Origin: Acidothermus cellulolyticus 11B
GTDB taxonomy: Bacteria; Actinomycetota; Actinomycetes; Acidothermales; Acidothermaceae
DNA length: 32,000 nt
Reading direction: 5' to 3'
Assembly (NCBI RefSeq): GCF_000015025.1
Contig: NC_008578.1
Span: 180,001-212,000 of the forward strand
Shown: in pieces, positions 16,192 to 24,337 of the stretch
How positions within the stretch are numbered: the first letter of the stretch is position 1
How the letters are laid out: each line of letters begins with the position of its first letter
Program-made: the position numbers and the translations under genes
Notes under the pieces: model-generated
The model's database searches: none
Told to the model about the DNA's origin: nothing
What the model saw: only the letters and a program-made list of their open reading frames with translations

Positions 16192-16375
16192 GCTGACACC
16201 CTCCTCTGTAGTCCGACGACAGGAAGGCCCAGCCGGGCCCGCCGCCGCCTGGTCGACGATCAACCGCGAGGCGTCCACCACCGGAATGCTCCCGCTCTGG
16301 ACATCGCCCACCGTCGGGCCATGGCCCGTCGATCGCGATGTTCGTTGGCGCTCCTGCGGCGGCCGCCACTTGTTT

Positions 16376-16402
16376 GACGAGGTTGCCTCCGTTGCCGTGA
16401 CA
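16376..16402 (-). promoter_or_regulatory. ECF41-type promoter motif TGTCACG-N16-CGTC upstream of the epimerase gene
   Basis: The minus strand reads TGTCACG (16402-16396), exactly 16 nt, then CGTC (16379-16376). The published ECF41 target consensus, as I recall it, is TGTCACA-N16-CGTC, giving 10 of 11 specified positions with exact spacing. It lies ~185 nt upstream of ATG 16191. Confidence 0.55.
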
Positions 16403-16495
16403 GCTGGGTTGCCGGGCCCGCCTGTTGTGGCAGGTCCAGCAAGCCGGCCCCTCCTGATCCACTCGCTGGCAGCGTCGGGTTCGCCACACCTGATC

Positions 16496-16604
16496 GGCTC
16501 GCCGGCTGCGACGCCTGCGACCGGTCCGCTCGCCGTCCACGCCTGTGACCGGTTGGCTCGCCCGCTGCGACGCCTGCGACCGGTCCGCTCGCCGTCCACG
16601 CCTG
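16496..16604. repeat. Tandem direct repeat, 2 x 50 bp with 59-bp period, non-coding
   Basis: GGCTCGCC(G/C)GCTGCGACGCCTGCGACCGGTCCGCTCGCCGTCCACGCCTG occurs at 16496-16545 and 16555-16604 with 1 mismatch (16504 vs 16563). The period is not a multiple of 3, and the copies are read in different frames by every overlapping ORF. Confidence 0.92.
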
Positions 16605-16889
16605 CTCGGTGCGCCGAGCCCCCGGGCGCGGACCATCGGCACCGCACCGGCACTCCGTCCCGCCGAAGCGGACATCATCGCGGCTGCACGGCAAGCGTGT
16701 AGAACCGTGCCTGCACGCGGCGGATAGAGTTTCAGCGGAGCGCACGCCCGACGGAATGGGACCGACGATGCTGGTGAGTCTGCACAGCGAATTCCCCCGG
16801 ACCGCCGGCCACCGAGCCGGCCGGCCGAACACTTACCGTGCGGCGAGATCCGCGGGCGACTTCGACGTCCTCTTCAATGCGATCACCCG

Positions 16890-17843
16890 ATGGGATCCGT
16901 CATGAAAACGCGTGCCGCGCGGCTTATCCGTCACGGTGAACCGCTCGTCGTCGAGACGGTCGAGCTTCCCGAACCCGGCGGTGACGAGGTATGCGTGGAA
17001 CTCGCATTCGCGGGAGTGAACCCCGTCGACTCGTACATCATCGCCGGTCGGGTCGCCCCTGACGCCCCGCTGCCGCGAATCGTCGGAATCGAAGCGAGCG
17101 GATATCTCGACGGCCGGCCGGTCCTCGTGTACGGCGAAGGGTTCGGCCGAGACCGTGACGGCGGCTACGCGCGACACGCCGTCGTCCCCCGGTCTGCGGT
17201 TCATCCGCTCCCGGAGGGCATCGACCTGGCTGTCGCGGCGTGTATCGGCGTGGCAGGCGCGACTGCTTGGCGCGTGGTCGAAATGGCCGGTGTCGGAAAT
17301 GAGGACCGCGTTCTCGTTCTTGGCGGCGCAGGAGGCGTTGGGCTTCCCGTCATCTCGTATGCACGCTCGAAAGGTGCGCGGGTCTGGGCGCAGACGAGCA
17401 ACCCAGAGAAAGTTGACGCAATGCACCGCGCCGGTGCCGAGAAGGGCGTAGTAGCCGACGCAGCGGCGCTTGCCGCCGCGATTGCCGACTTCGCTCCGAC
17501 CGTGGTGTTTGACCCCCTGGGGGGATCGTTCACCGGAATTGCGATTCGCGCTCTGCAGCCGCGGGGCCGGTTGGTGATTTATGGGACGAGCGCAGGGCCG
17601 GACGCGGAGATCCCGCTGCAGGTCCTGTACCGCAATAATCTGCGCATGCTCGGGTATGGCGGGCTGATCGCGTCACCGGAAGAGCTCCGCGAAGCAGTCA
17701 CCGCGGCGATTGCTGCGGTTGCGGCCGGACGGATGCACATTCCCGTGGGCGCTCGGGTCGCCCTTGACCAAATCAACGAAGCATTTGCCTTGTTGCGGCG
17801 GAGGAGCATCCCGGGCAAAATCGTCGTCGATCTGCGGGATTGA
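16890..17843 (+). CDS. Medium-chain dehydrogenase/reductase (quinone oxidoreductase / zinc-type alcohol dehydrogenase-like)
   Basis: 317 aa. GDEVCVELAFAGVNPVD, GIEASG and VLVLGGAGGVGLPVISYARSKGARV (NAD(P) Rossmann) show the MDR fold. The start could also be ATG 16902 (MKTRAARL). Confidence 0.85.
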   Translation: MGSVMKTRAARLIRHGEPLVVETVELPEPGGDEVCVELAFAGVNPVDSYIIAGRVAPDAPLPRIVGIEASGYLDGRPVLVYGEGFGRDRDGGYARHAVVPRSAVHPLPEGIDLAVAACIGVAGATAWRVVEMAGVGNEDRVLVLGGAGGVGLPVISYARSKGARVWAQTSNPEKVDAMHRAGAEKGVVADAAALAAAIADFAPTVVFDPLGGSFTGIAIRALQPRGRLVIYGTSAGPDAEIPLQVLYRNNLRMLGYGGLIASPEELREAVTAAIAAVAAGRMHIPVGARVALDQINEAFALLRRRSIPGKIVVDLRD

Positions 17844-17920
17844 CGCACCGGCAAGGCGTTGACCCCGGCCAGGCATCGACCCTGCGATAAGGATGCGCAT
17901 GCAATGATGCGGACGACGAC

Positions 17921-18973
17921 ATGCCGCGTCTGATGCTGCCCTGGCAGGCGGCTGCGCTGATCGCGGTCGCGTGCGTCGTGGTGGGTGAAGGTGCACGGGG
18001 CATCGCCTGGCTCTACCGGCGTCGGGTGCGCCGAGAATTGCCGGACAACGCGGGGCGCACGATTTCCGGCGGCGCAGCGTTCTTTCGAGAAGCCGGCATT
18101 ATCTTCGCCCTGTACGGTCTCTGGCAACTGGCGGGCTCATACTCCCTGGGTCGCAGCAGCGATGCAGTCGCCCACGGCGCCTGGGTCTGGCACGTCGAAC
18201 GGCTCTGGCACCTGCCAGACGAAGCAGCCGTTCAGCGACTCATCATCGGCACACCGTGGCTCGTCCGCGCCTGCAACGTGTACTACGCGACAATGCATTT
18301 CGGCGCGTTGATCCTGCTCTTGCTTTGGCTGTTCTTTCGCCATCGCGATGCTTATCCGCGGGCACGCTTCACGATTGCAGCCACCACCGCGGCGTGCCTG
18401 GTTGTCGCACTCGTGCCGGTCGCTCCTCCCCGCCTCGTCAACGTCGGGATGATTGACGTGGCCCGCGTTTACCACGAATCCGTCTATACAAGCACCTTGA
18501 CGGTCGACCAATACAGCGCAATGCCCTCGGTCCACGTAGCGTGGGCGGCGATCGTTCCGCTTGTCGTGGTGCGCGCCGGCCGCAGCAGATGGCGTTGGCT
18601 GACGATTCTTCACTTTCCCCTGACGGTATTCGTGGTCGTGGCGACGGCAAATCACTACTGGGCGGATGGCATCGTCGCATTGTTCTTACTCGCGATGGTG
18701 CTTGCCGCCCAGCACGTTGGGGACCGTCTGCGCCGGCGCGTGCCGTGGACGAGGCAGAAATCGACCGCGGTTATCCGCCGGTCGCCGAGAAGTGCTGATA
18801 GTCCGGCGACGCCCATCGTCCACCCCACCGCCAACCGATCGCAGCGAACGCCTGCACCAGGACGCCTCCCGCTACGGCCATTCCCGGCTGGTAGCGGGAG
18901 CGATCGACATACCGGGCCCCGCCGGCCGGAAGCACCCGCCCGCCGTCCAGATAGGGATTTTCGACCGGATTGA
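17921..18973 (+). CDS. PAP2-superfamily integral membrane protein (PAP2_3 / inositolphosphotransferase-like)
   Basis: There are ~6 hydrophobic helices. SAMPSVHVAWAA ... ATANHYWADG resembles the C2/C3 phosphatase motifs (S-x-H ... NHY-x-D) of bacterial AUR1-like PAP2 proteins. The last ~67 codons (Arg/Pro-rich) overlap the convergent M15 gene. Confidence 0.7.
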   Translation: MPRLMLPWQAAALIAVACVVVGEGARGIAWLYRRRVRRELPDNAGRTISGGAAFFREAGIIFALYGLWQLAGSYSLGRSSDAVAHGAWVWHVERLWHLPDEAAVQRLIIGTPWLVRACNVYYATMHFGALILLLLWLFFRHRDAYPRARFTIAATTAACLVVALVPVAPPRLVNVGMIDVARVYHESVYTSTLTVDQYSAMPSVHVAWAAIVPLVVVRAGRSRWRWLTILHFPLTVFVVVATANHYWADGIVALFLLAMVLAAQHVGDRLRRRVPWTRQKSTAVIRRSPRSADSPATPIVHPTANRSQRTPAPGRLPLRPFPAGSGSDRHTGPRRPEAPARRPDRDFRPD

Positions 18974-19682
18974 CATCGACCGCGAGGCCGTACGCGTGAA
19001 CGGACCATCGCGGTGGTCCGGCTGCGACGGCGTACCGGCAATTGAACGCCGAGGTATTATCCGCCGCCATGGAGGCGTCGTCGCTGCCGCCGAATTCGGC
19101 AATCGGCCGGACGCTTCGAATGGGGAACCGCGCCTGGTAAAGGCGTTGGAATACCTCCGTGACAGCGGTCACGGCGGAAACGTTGACGACGAGGCGTCCC
19201 AGGTGCGGCTGCCCGTCGAATCCCCAGTAGGAGAGGGTTATTTGACGAAGCTGGTCCGGGCTTACCGGGCACCCGGGGTGCCAGCTCGCGCCGAGCTCTT
19301 GCGCACTGACCGGGCGGACCGAGGAGACGAAACCGCCGGTTCCCGCCGACTGAGTTGGCGTCGGTGTGACGGTCGGCCGCCGTCCCGCCGGGGGCGTCGG
19401 TGACGCGGTCGTGGCGATTGGTGCCGGCGTGGATGCGGCGATCGACCCTGAGGCATTCGGCGGATGCGGCGTTGATGACGGCGGAATCGCCCGGCCGGCG
19501 GTCAGCGGTGTTGGTGAGGGTGGAATCGTCGGGCCGGCGGTCAGCGGTGTTGGTGACGATCGCGAGAGCTTGTGGTCTGTTGCCGGGTTCGCCGCTGTGC
19601 AGGCGGCGACGAGAACCACGCCGGCGACAACGATCGCAACAAGAGGTCGGCGCGACCGTCCCGACGTGAGCCGCCAGCGCAC
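18771..19682 (-). CDS. M15-family (VanY-like) D-alanyl-D-alanine carboxypeptidase lipoprotein
   Basis: The C-terminal domain has WSVHAYGLAVDVNP (H-x6-D zinc/catalytic block) and SPDYQHFS (final His). The ORF is open to 19874, but GTG 19682 gives VRWRLTSGRSRRPLVAIVVAGVVLVAAC, a textbook lipoprotein signal (lipobox VAAC). A Pro/Thr-rich linker contains a 13-aa tandem repeat. Confidence 0.8.
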   Translation of the reverse strand: MRWRLTSGRSRRPLVAIVVAGVVLVAACTAANPATDHKLSRSSPTPLTAGPTIPPSPTPLTAGRAIPPSSTPHPPNASGSIAASTPAPIATTASPTPPAGRRPTVTPTPTQSAGTGGFVSSVRPVSAQELGASWHPGCPVSPDQLRQITLSYWGFDGQPHLGRLVVNVSAVTAVTEVFQRLYQARFPIRSVRPIAEFGGSDDASMAADNTSAFNCRYAVAAGPPRWSVHAYGLAVDVNPVENPYLDGGRVLPAGGARYVDRSRYQPGMAVAGGVLVQAFAAIGWRWGGRWASPDYQHFSATGG

Positions 19683-19913
19683 CCGTCGAGCGGATGTCCC
19701 GATCTTCGGGCAACTCGGGGCCGACAAGCTGGGCCTCCAGCGCACCCGTCGAGCGTATCGAGGCGGCGTGACGCGGCACGGCCTCGCGGATCGGTCTGCG
19801 GTCAGCAACGCCAGAGCGCAGACGCCGTCGCGGCATCCTGTCGTTCGCGTCGTACGCCGAACCGACCCGCCCAACCGGCCAATCCGGCCTTGCTATGCTG
19901 AGCCTCACCTTAG

Positions 19914-19932
19914 TAAGGTAAGCCTGAACTAA
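19914..19932. promoter_or_regulatory. IdeR/DtxR iron box upstream of efeU
   Basis: TAAGGTAAGCCTGAACTAA matches 17/19 positions of the degenerate iron-box consensus TWAGGTWAGSCTWACCTWA, and 15/19 of TTAGGTTAGCCTAACCTAA. It ends 14-23 nt before the efeU start candidates. The cognate regulator gene ideR is 3.6 kb downstream. Confidence 0.6.
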
Positions 19933-19946
19933 GCGAGATCGAGGAG

Positions 19947-20807
19947 TTGGGCACCGTGCTGGCGACCTATGTGATCGGCTTACGAGAAGGACTCGAAGCT
20001 GCGCTGATCGTCGGGATCATTGCCGCGTTTCTGCGCCGACAAGGCCGGATGGACGCGTTGCGGCTCGTCTGGGTCGGGGTGAGCGTCGCCGTCGCGCTCT
20101 GCGCCGGTGTCGCCGTCACGTTGCAGGTCATCTCCGCGGAATTGCCGACCCGTGCGCAAGAAGGCCTGGAGACCGTGGTGGCCGTACTCGCCGTCTGCAT
20201 GGTCACCACGATGATTCTCTGGATGCGGCGTCACGCCCGGGCGCTGAAGGGGGAACTTGAGCGCGCAGCCGCATGGGCGCTCGAGCACGGCTCGGCGTAC
20301 GCCATGGTTGGTATGGCGTTTCTCGCCGTGCTCCGCGAAGGCTCTGAAACGGCCGTCTTCTTGTTGGCGGTGCTGCAGCAACCGGGGGTGCGGGCCATCA
20401 CCGCGGGCGGCGGCGTCATCGCCGGACTCGTCACCGCCGTCGTCATCGGGTGGGGGATTTACCGCGGCGGCGTGCGACTCAATCTCACACGCTTCTTCCG
20501 TGCGACCGGCGTCGTTCTCGTTCTCGTCGCTGCCGGGCTTGTCATGAGTGCCCTGCACACGGCCCATGAAGCCGGCTGGCTCAACGCCGGGCAATCGCAG
20601 CCCATCGACATCGCGTGGCTGGTGCGGCCGGGGACGCCGATCGCCGCGCTGGCAACCGGCGTCCTTGGTCTGCAACCGCATCCAGCGCTCGCGGAAATCG
20701 TCGGCTGGTGCTGCTATGTGCTGCCGATGCTGGCCGTTGTGCTCCGGCAGCCGCGCCGGCCCGCCACGACGCCGAGGGTGGCGCCGGAAGTGTCCGCAAC
20801 CTCGTGA
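19947..20807 (+). CDS. efeU: Ferrous iron permease EfeU (FTR1/OFeT family)
   Basis: Two RExxE iron-binding motifs (GLREGLEAAL and LREGSETAVF) and seven hydrophobic helices. The ORF-track start 19947 is TTG. GTG 19956 sits 9 nt after GAGGAG and is more likely. Confidence 0.9.
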   Translation: MGTVLATYVIGLREGLEAALIVGIIAAFLRRQGRMDALRLVWVGVSVAVALCAGVAVTLQVISAELPTRAQEGLETVVAVLAVCMVTTMILWMRRHARALKGELERAAAWALEHGSAYAMVGMAFLAVLREGSETAVFLLAVLQQPGVRAITAGGGVIAGLVTAVVIGWGIYRGGVRLNLTRFFRATGVVLVLVAAGLVMSALHTAHEAGWLNAGQSQPIDIAWLVRPGTPIAALATGVLGLQPHPALAEIVGWCCYVLPMLAVVLRQPRRPATTPRVAPEVSATS

Positions 20808-20868
20808 CCAGCGGTCGACTGTCGCATCGCGACGGACTTTCCCATCGCGACAAATCGGAGAGGTGACA

Positions 20869-22026
20869 ATGGCGAGTGTTCGGCGGTTCGGTCCAGCGGG
20901 CGGCGTTCGGCGGTTCGGCCTGGTCGGCGGCGTCGTCCTGGCGCTCGTGAGTGGCTGTTCGTCGGACAGTGGAGGCACCACCCCACGGGGTATCGGGACA
21001 GACGCAGGCACCCGGAATGTGAACATCGTTGTGACCGCTGAGGGATGCCCACCCAGTCCGGCGCGCGTTGACGCCGGCCTCATCCGATTTCACGTGCGCA
21101 ACCAGAACGCTTCTGCCGTGACCGAGGCGGAACTCCTTGCCGGCTCGACAATCCTTGGCGAGAAGGAGAATCTCGTTCCCGGACTGGACGGAACCTTCAC
21201 GCTGCGCCTCCAACACGGGCGATACACCGTCTATTGTCCGAACGCCAAGCAACCACGCAGTGATTTCGTCGTGACCGGGGAGAATGCGTCACCCACGGCT
21301 GCTGCGGCCACGGAAGCCGCGGCGCGCTACCACCAATTCGTCGTCGGTCAGGTGCAGGCGCTGGTCACGGGCACAGCGACGTTCTGTGCGGCGGTCAAGG
21401 CTGGTGACCTGGCGGCGGCACGGCGGGCATATCCGGCAGCGCGGTGGCACTACGAGGCCATTGAACCCGTGGCGGAGAGTTTCGGTGATCTCGACCCCGC
21501 GATTGATGCCCGCCTGGATGACGTCGCAGATCCGGCCGAATGGACGGGCTTTCATCGACTCGAAAAGGCGCTCTGGCAGGACGATTCCCTGGCGGGCATG
21601 ACCGCGGTGGCCGACCGGCTGCAAAGCGACGTCCGCACTCTTGCTGACCTCGTCGCAACCCAGACCTATCAACCGGCACAAATTGCCAACGGCGCCGTGG
21701 AACTCCTTGATGAAATTGCGCGCAGCAAGGTCACCGGCGAGGAAGAGCGGTACAGTCACACGGATTTATATGACATCGACGCCAATCTCGCCGGCTCGAA
21801 AGCTGCTTTCCAAGCCGTCGAACCGATTCTGCGTGAACGTGATCCGGCGCTCGCGACAACCATCGATGCGCGTTTTGCCGACGTGGAAGCCGCGTTGCGT
21901 CCGCTTGCGCGCGGCACCGGCTGGGTGTCGTACGAGGCCGTGGACGCCGCGACCCGCAGGAACCTCGCGCAGCGTATCGACGCGCTCGCGGAACCCTTGT
22001 CACGAGTTGCTGCTGTCGTCGGCTGA
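20869..22026 (+). CDS. efeO: Iron uptake system component EfeO (cupredoxin-like N-domain + M75/imelysin-like domain), lipoprotein
   Basis: ATG 20869 is preceded by GGAGAGGTG. The signal MASVRRFGPAGGVRRFGLVGGVVLALVSGC has a lipobox. The N-domain (IRFHVRNQNASAVTEAELL...GRYTVYCP) and C-domain (HYEAIEPVAESFGDLD, WTGFHRLEKALW with HxxE) are typical of EfeO. The ORF-track start 20548 overlaps efeU. Confidence 0.87.
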   Translation: MASVRRFGPAGGVRRFGLVGGVVLALVSGCSSDSGGTTPRGIGTDAGTRNVNIVVTAEGCPPSPARVDAGLIRFHVRNQNASAVTEAELLAGSTILGEKENLVPGLDGTFTLRLQHGRYTVYCPNAKQPRSDFVVTGENASPTAAAATEAAARYHQFVVGQVQALVTGTATFCAAVKAGDLAAARRAYPAARWHYEAIEPVAESFGDLDPAIDARLDDVADPAEWTGFHRLEKALWQDDSLAGMTAVADRLQSDVRTLADLVATQTYQPAQIANGAVELLDEIARSKVTGEEERYSHTDLYDIDANLAGSKAAFQAVEPILRERDPALATTIDARFADVEAALRPLARGTGWVSYEAVDAATRRNLAQRIDALAEPLSRVAAVVG

Positions 22027-22043
22027 TACCAGGTTGATGTGCA

Positions 22044-23336
22044 ATGACTGAGGCATCTGGCGGCGTCACGCGACGGCGTTTTCTCGGCGGCCTCGGACTT
22101 GCCGGCGGAGGTCTCGGGATCGCAGCCGCCTTCACGGGCGGAAGCGCAGCCGGCGCCGTCCTCGGCCTGGTCGACCGATCCCCTGACGGGCGATCTGAGC
22201 AGGCGGCGGGTGCGGTGTCGACACCGGGTCGCGTGGTCCCGTTTCGGGGGCGCCATCAAGCCGGCATCATCACGCCGGCCCAGGATCGGCTGGTCTTTGG
22301 CGCGTTTGACGTGGTGACGGATTCAGCGGGTGCGCTACGTGACGTGCTGGACGCGTGGACGATTGCCGCTGAAGCAATGACACAGGGTCGCTCCGTGCCA
22401 GCAGATGATGGGAGCCCGCAAGCACCACCCACCGACACCGGCGAGGCACTCGGTTTACCGCCGGCCGCGTTGACGGTGACGATCGGGTACGGGCCGCGAC
22501 TCTTCGCGCGATTTGGGCTCGCCACCCGTCGCCCGTCAGCATTGGCCGAGCTTCCTCCGCTTCCCGGCGATCGACTCGATCCGGCCCGGTGTGGCGGGGA
22601 CATCTGCATCCAGGCGTGCTCCGACGATCCGCAGGTCGCATTCCACGCGGTGCGTAATGTGACCCGGCTGGGCCGGGGTGTCGTGGTCCTCCGGTGGCTG
22701 CAGCTCGGTTTCGGACGCACCTCGTCGACGACGACCGGTCAGCAGACGCCTCGTAACCTGATGGGCTTCAAAGACGGCACGCGGAATCTCCGAGCCGATG
22801 ACACGGCCGCATTGGATCGGCACGTGTGGATTGGTACGGAGACCGACCAACCGTGGCTCATCGGCGGCAGCTACCTCGTCGCGCGGCGGATCCGGATGTT
22901 GATCGAAGCATGGGACCGGGCGTCGCTGAGCGAGCAGGAACGGGTGATCGGCCGGCGTAAAGTATCGGGCGCTCCGCTCACCGGATCCAGGGAATACGAC
23001 CCGCCGGATTTCTCCGCCGTGCGGGCCGGCGAACTGGTCATCCCGTCGGACGCCCACATCCGGCTGGCCAGTCCCGAGCACAACGCCGGACGCCGAATGC
23101 TTCGTCGCGGCTACTCCTATACCGACGGCATCGATCTCTCAACCGGGGAGCTGGACGCTGGTCTGTTCTTCATCTCCTTCCATAAGGATCCCGCAACATT
23201 CATCGCCGTCCAGCGCATTCTCGGCACCCAGGACGCGCTGCGGGAGTACATCGTGCACACCGGGAGCGCACTTTTCGTCTGCCCGCCGGGTTTGCAGGAC
23301 GGCGAATCGTGGGGGCGCCAACTCTTCGGCGCGTGA
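22044..23336 (+). CDS. efeB: Dyp-type peroxidase / deferrochelatase EfeB, Tat-exported
   Basis: Twin-arginine signal TRRRFLGGLGLAGGGL. Dyp motifs GFKDGTRN, AHIRLA and RRGYSY. Confidence 0.92.
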   Translation: MTEASGGVTRRRFLGGLGLAGGGLGIAAAFTGGSAAGAVLGLVDRSPDGRSEQAAGAVSTPGRVVPFRGRHQAGIITPAQDRLVFGAFDVVTDSAGALRDVLDAWTIAAEAMTQGRSVPADDGSPQAPPTDTGEALGLPPAALTVTIGYGPRLFARFGLATRRPSALAELPPLPGDRLDPARCGGDICIQACSDDPQVAFHAVRNVTRLGRGVVVLRWLQLGFGRTSSTTTGQQTPRNLMGFKDGTRNLRADDTAALDRHVWIGTETDQPWLIGGSYLVARRIRMLIEAWDRASLSEQERVIGRRKVSGAPLTGSREYDPPDFSAVRAGELVIPSDAHIRLASPEHNAGRRMLRRGYSYTDGIDLSTGELDAGLFFISFHKDPATFIAVQRILGTQDALREYIVHTGSALFVCPPGLQDGESWGRQLFGA

Positions 23337-23497
23337 CGCAGCGTCGTTGCGCGCCAGTGATCCGGCGCGTGACGCAGCATCGGCGAATGCCGGCGGTCCC
23401 GCCGCGTGACGCCGCTCCTGCCGGCCGGACTCGTCCGGCCCGCTGCCGCCGCGCTGTGCCGCGCGGGTGACCCGTTCGTCCTGCGCTGCCGGAGCAC

Positions 23498-24274
23498 TTG
23501 CGACTCATGCGCGAGAATCGAACCGTGAACCAGGCGCACGATTTGATCGACACCATTGAGATGTATCTCCGCACGATCTACGAACTCGAGGAGGAGGGTG
23601 TCGTTCCGCTGCGGGCCCGGATCGCCGAGCGGCTCGGGCAGAGCGTACCGACCGTTTCACAGACCGTCGCGCGGATGGAGCGACACGGCCTGGTTCACCT
23701 CGAAGGCGACCGCCGCCTTGAACTCACGCCGCAAGGGCGGGCAGCCGCCACCCGCGTCATGCGCAGGCACCGGCTCGCCGAGTGTCTTCTTGTCGACGTC
23801 ATTGGGCTGGATTGGGAGCTCGTGCATGAAGAGGCGTGCCGCTGGGAGCACGTCATGAGCGAAGAGGTGGAGCGGCGGCTCTTGGAGATTCTCGGCCATC
23901 CGACCGAATCGCCGTACGGAAACCCAATTCCAGGCCTCGACGAACTCGGCGAACCGCGCCGCGATGTCGCTTTCCGCGAAGGACTCGTGCCGCTCCCGTC
24001 GATTCCGGACCAGTTTGACCGGGTCATTGTCCGCCGGATCGGGGAGCCGCTCCAGTCGGACCGGGCGCTCCTTGGCCGACTCCGTCGCGCCGGGGTGCGG
24101 CCGAACGTGCCGGTGCCTGTGCGCCGGGAGTCGCGCGGCGGGGTGTGGCTGGGCCGCGAGCCGGACGCCGTCCACCTCGAGGACGCGGCCGCTGCGCACG
24201 TCTTCGTCCGACCGGTCGAATTGGAGGGCGTCGACGGTTCGGCGGCTGCTGCGGGGGCGGCGGCGCGTGCATGA
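23498..24274 (+). CDS. ideR: Iron-dependent transcriptional repressor, DtxR/IdeR family
   Basis: [50 protein letters not shown]...[40 protein letters not shown]...[10 protein letters not shown] is near-colinear with M. tuberculosis IdeR as I remember it. A C-terminal SH3-like domain is present. The start is ambiguous: TTG 23498, ATG 23507 or GTG 23525. Confidence 0.93.
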   Translation: MRLMRENRTVNQAHDLIDTIEMYLRTIYELEEEGVVPLRARIAERLGQSVPTVSQTVARMERHGLVHLEGDRRLELTPQGRAAATRVMRRHRLAECLLVDVIGLDWELVHEEACRWEHVMSEEVERRLLEILGHPTESPYGNPIPGLDELGEPRRDVAFREGLVPLPSIPDQFDRVIVRRIGEPLQSDRALLGRLRRAGVRPNVPVPVRRESRGGVWLGREPDAVHLEDAAAAHVFVRPVELEGVDGSAAAAGAAARA

Positions 24275-24337
24275 GGGGACGCCGCAACTCTGACAGACGC
24301 TGCAACCGTGACAGGTGTCATGGACAAGTACTGAGGG

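Noticed and set aside
15060-16653. N-terminal extensions of the sigma-factor ORF (to 15341) and the epimerase ORF (to 16653)
   Set aside because: The extensions are Arg/Pro/Gly-rich and lack homology-like motifs. Internal ATGs at 15059 and 16191 have good Shine-Dalgarno sequences and give canonical N-termini (sigma region 2; Rossmann GxxGxxG). The epimerase extension runs through the frame-incompatible 59-bp-period repeat.
20548-20868. Upstream extension of the EfeO ORF (start 20548), overlapping efeU by 260 bp
   Set aside because: The extension is translated out of frame from the efeU coding sequence and is Arg/Pro/Ser-rich. ATG 20869 has an RBS and yields a proper lipoprotein signal peptide.
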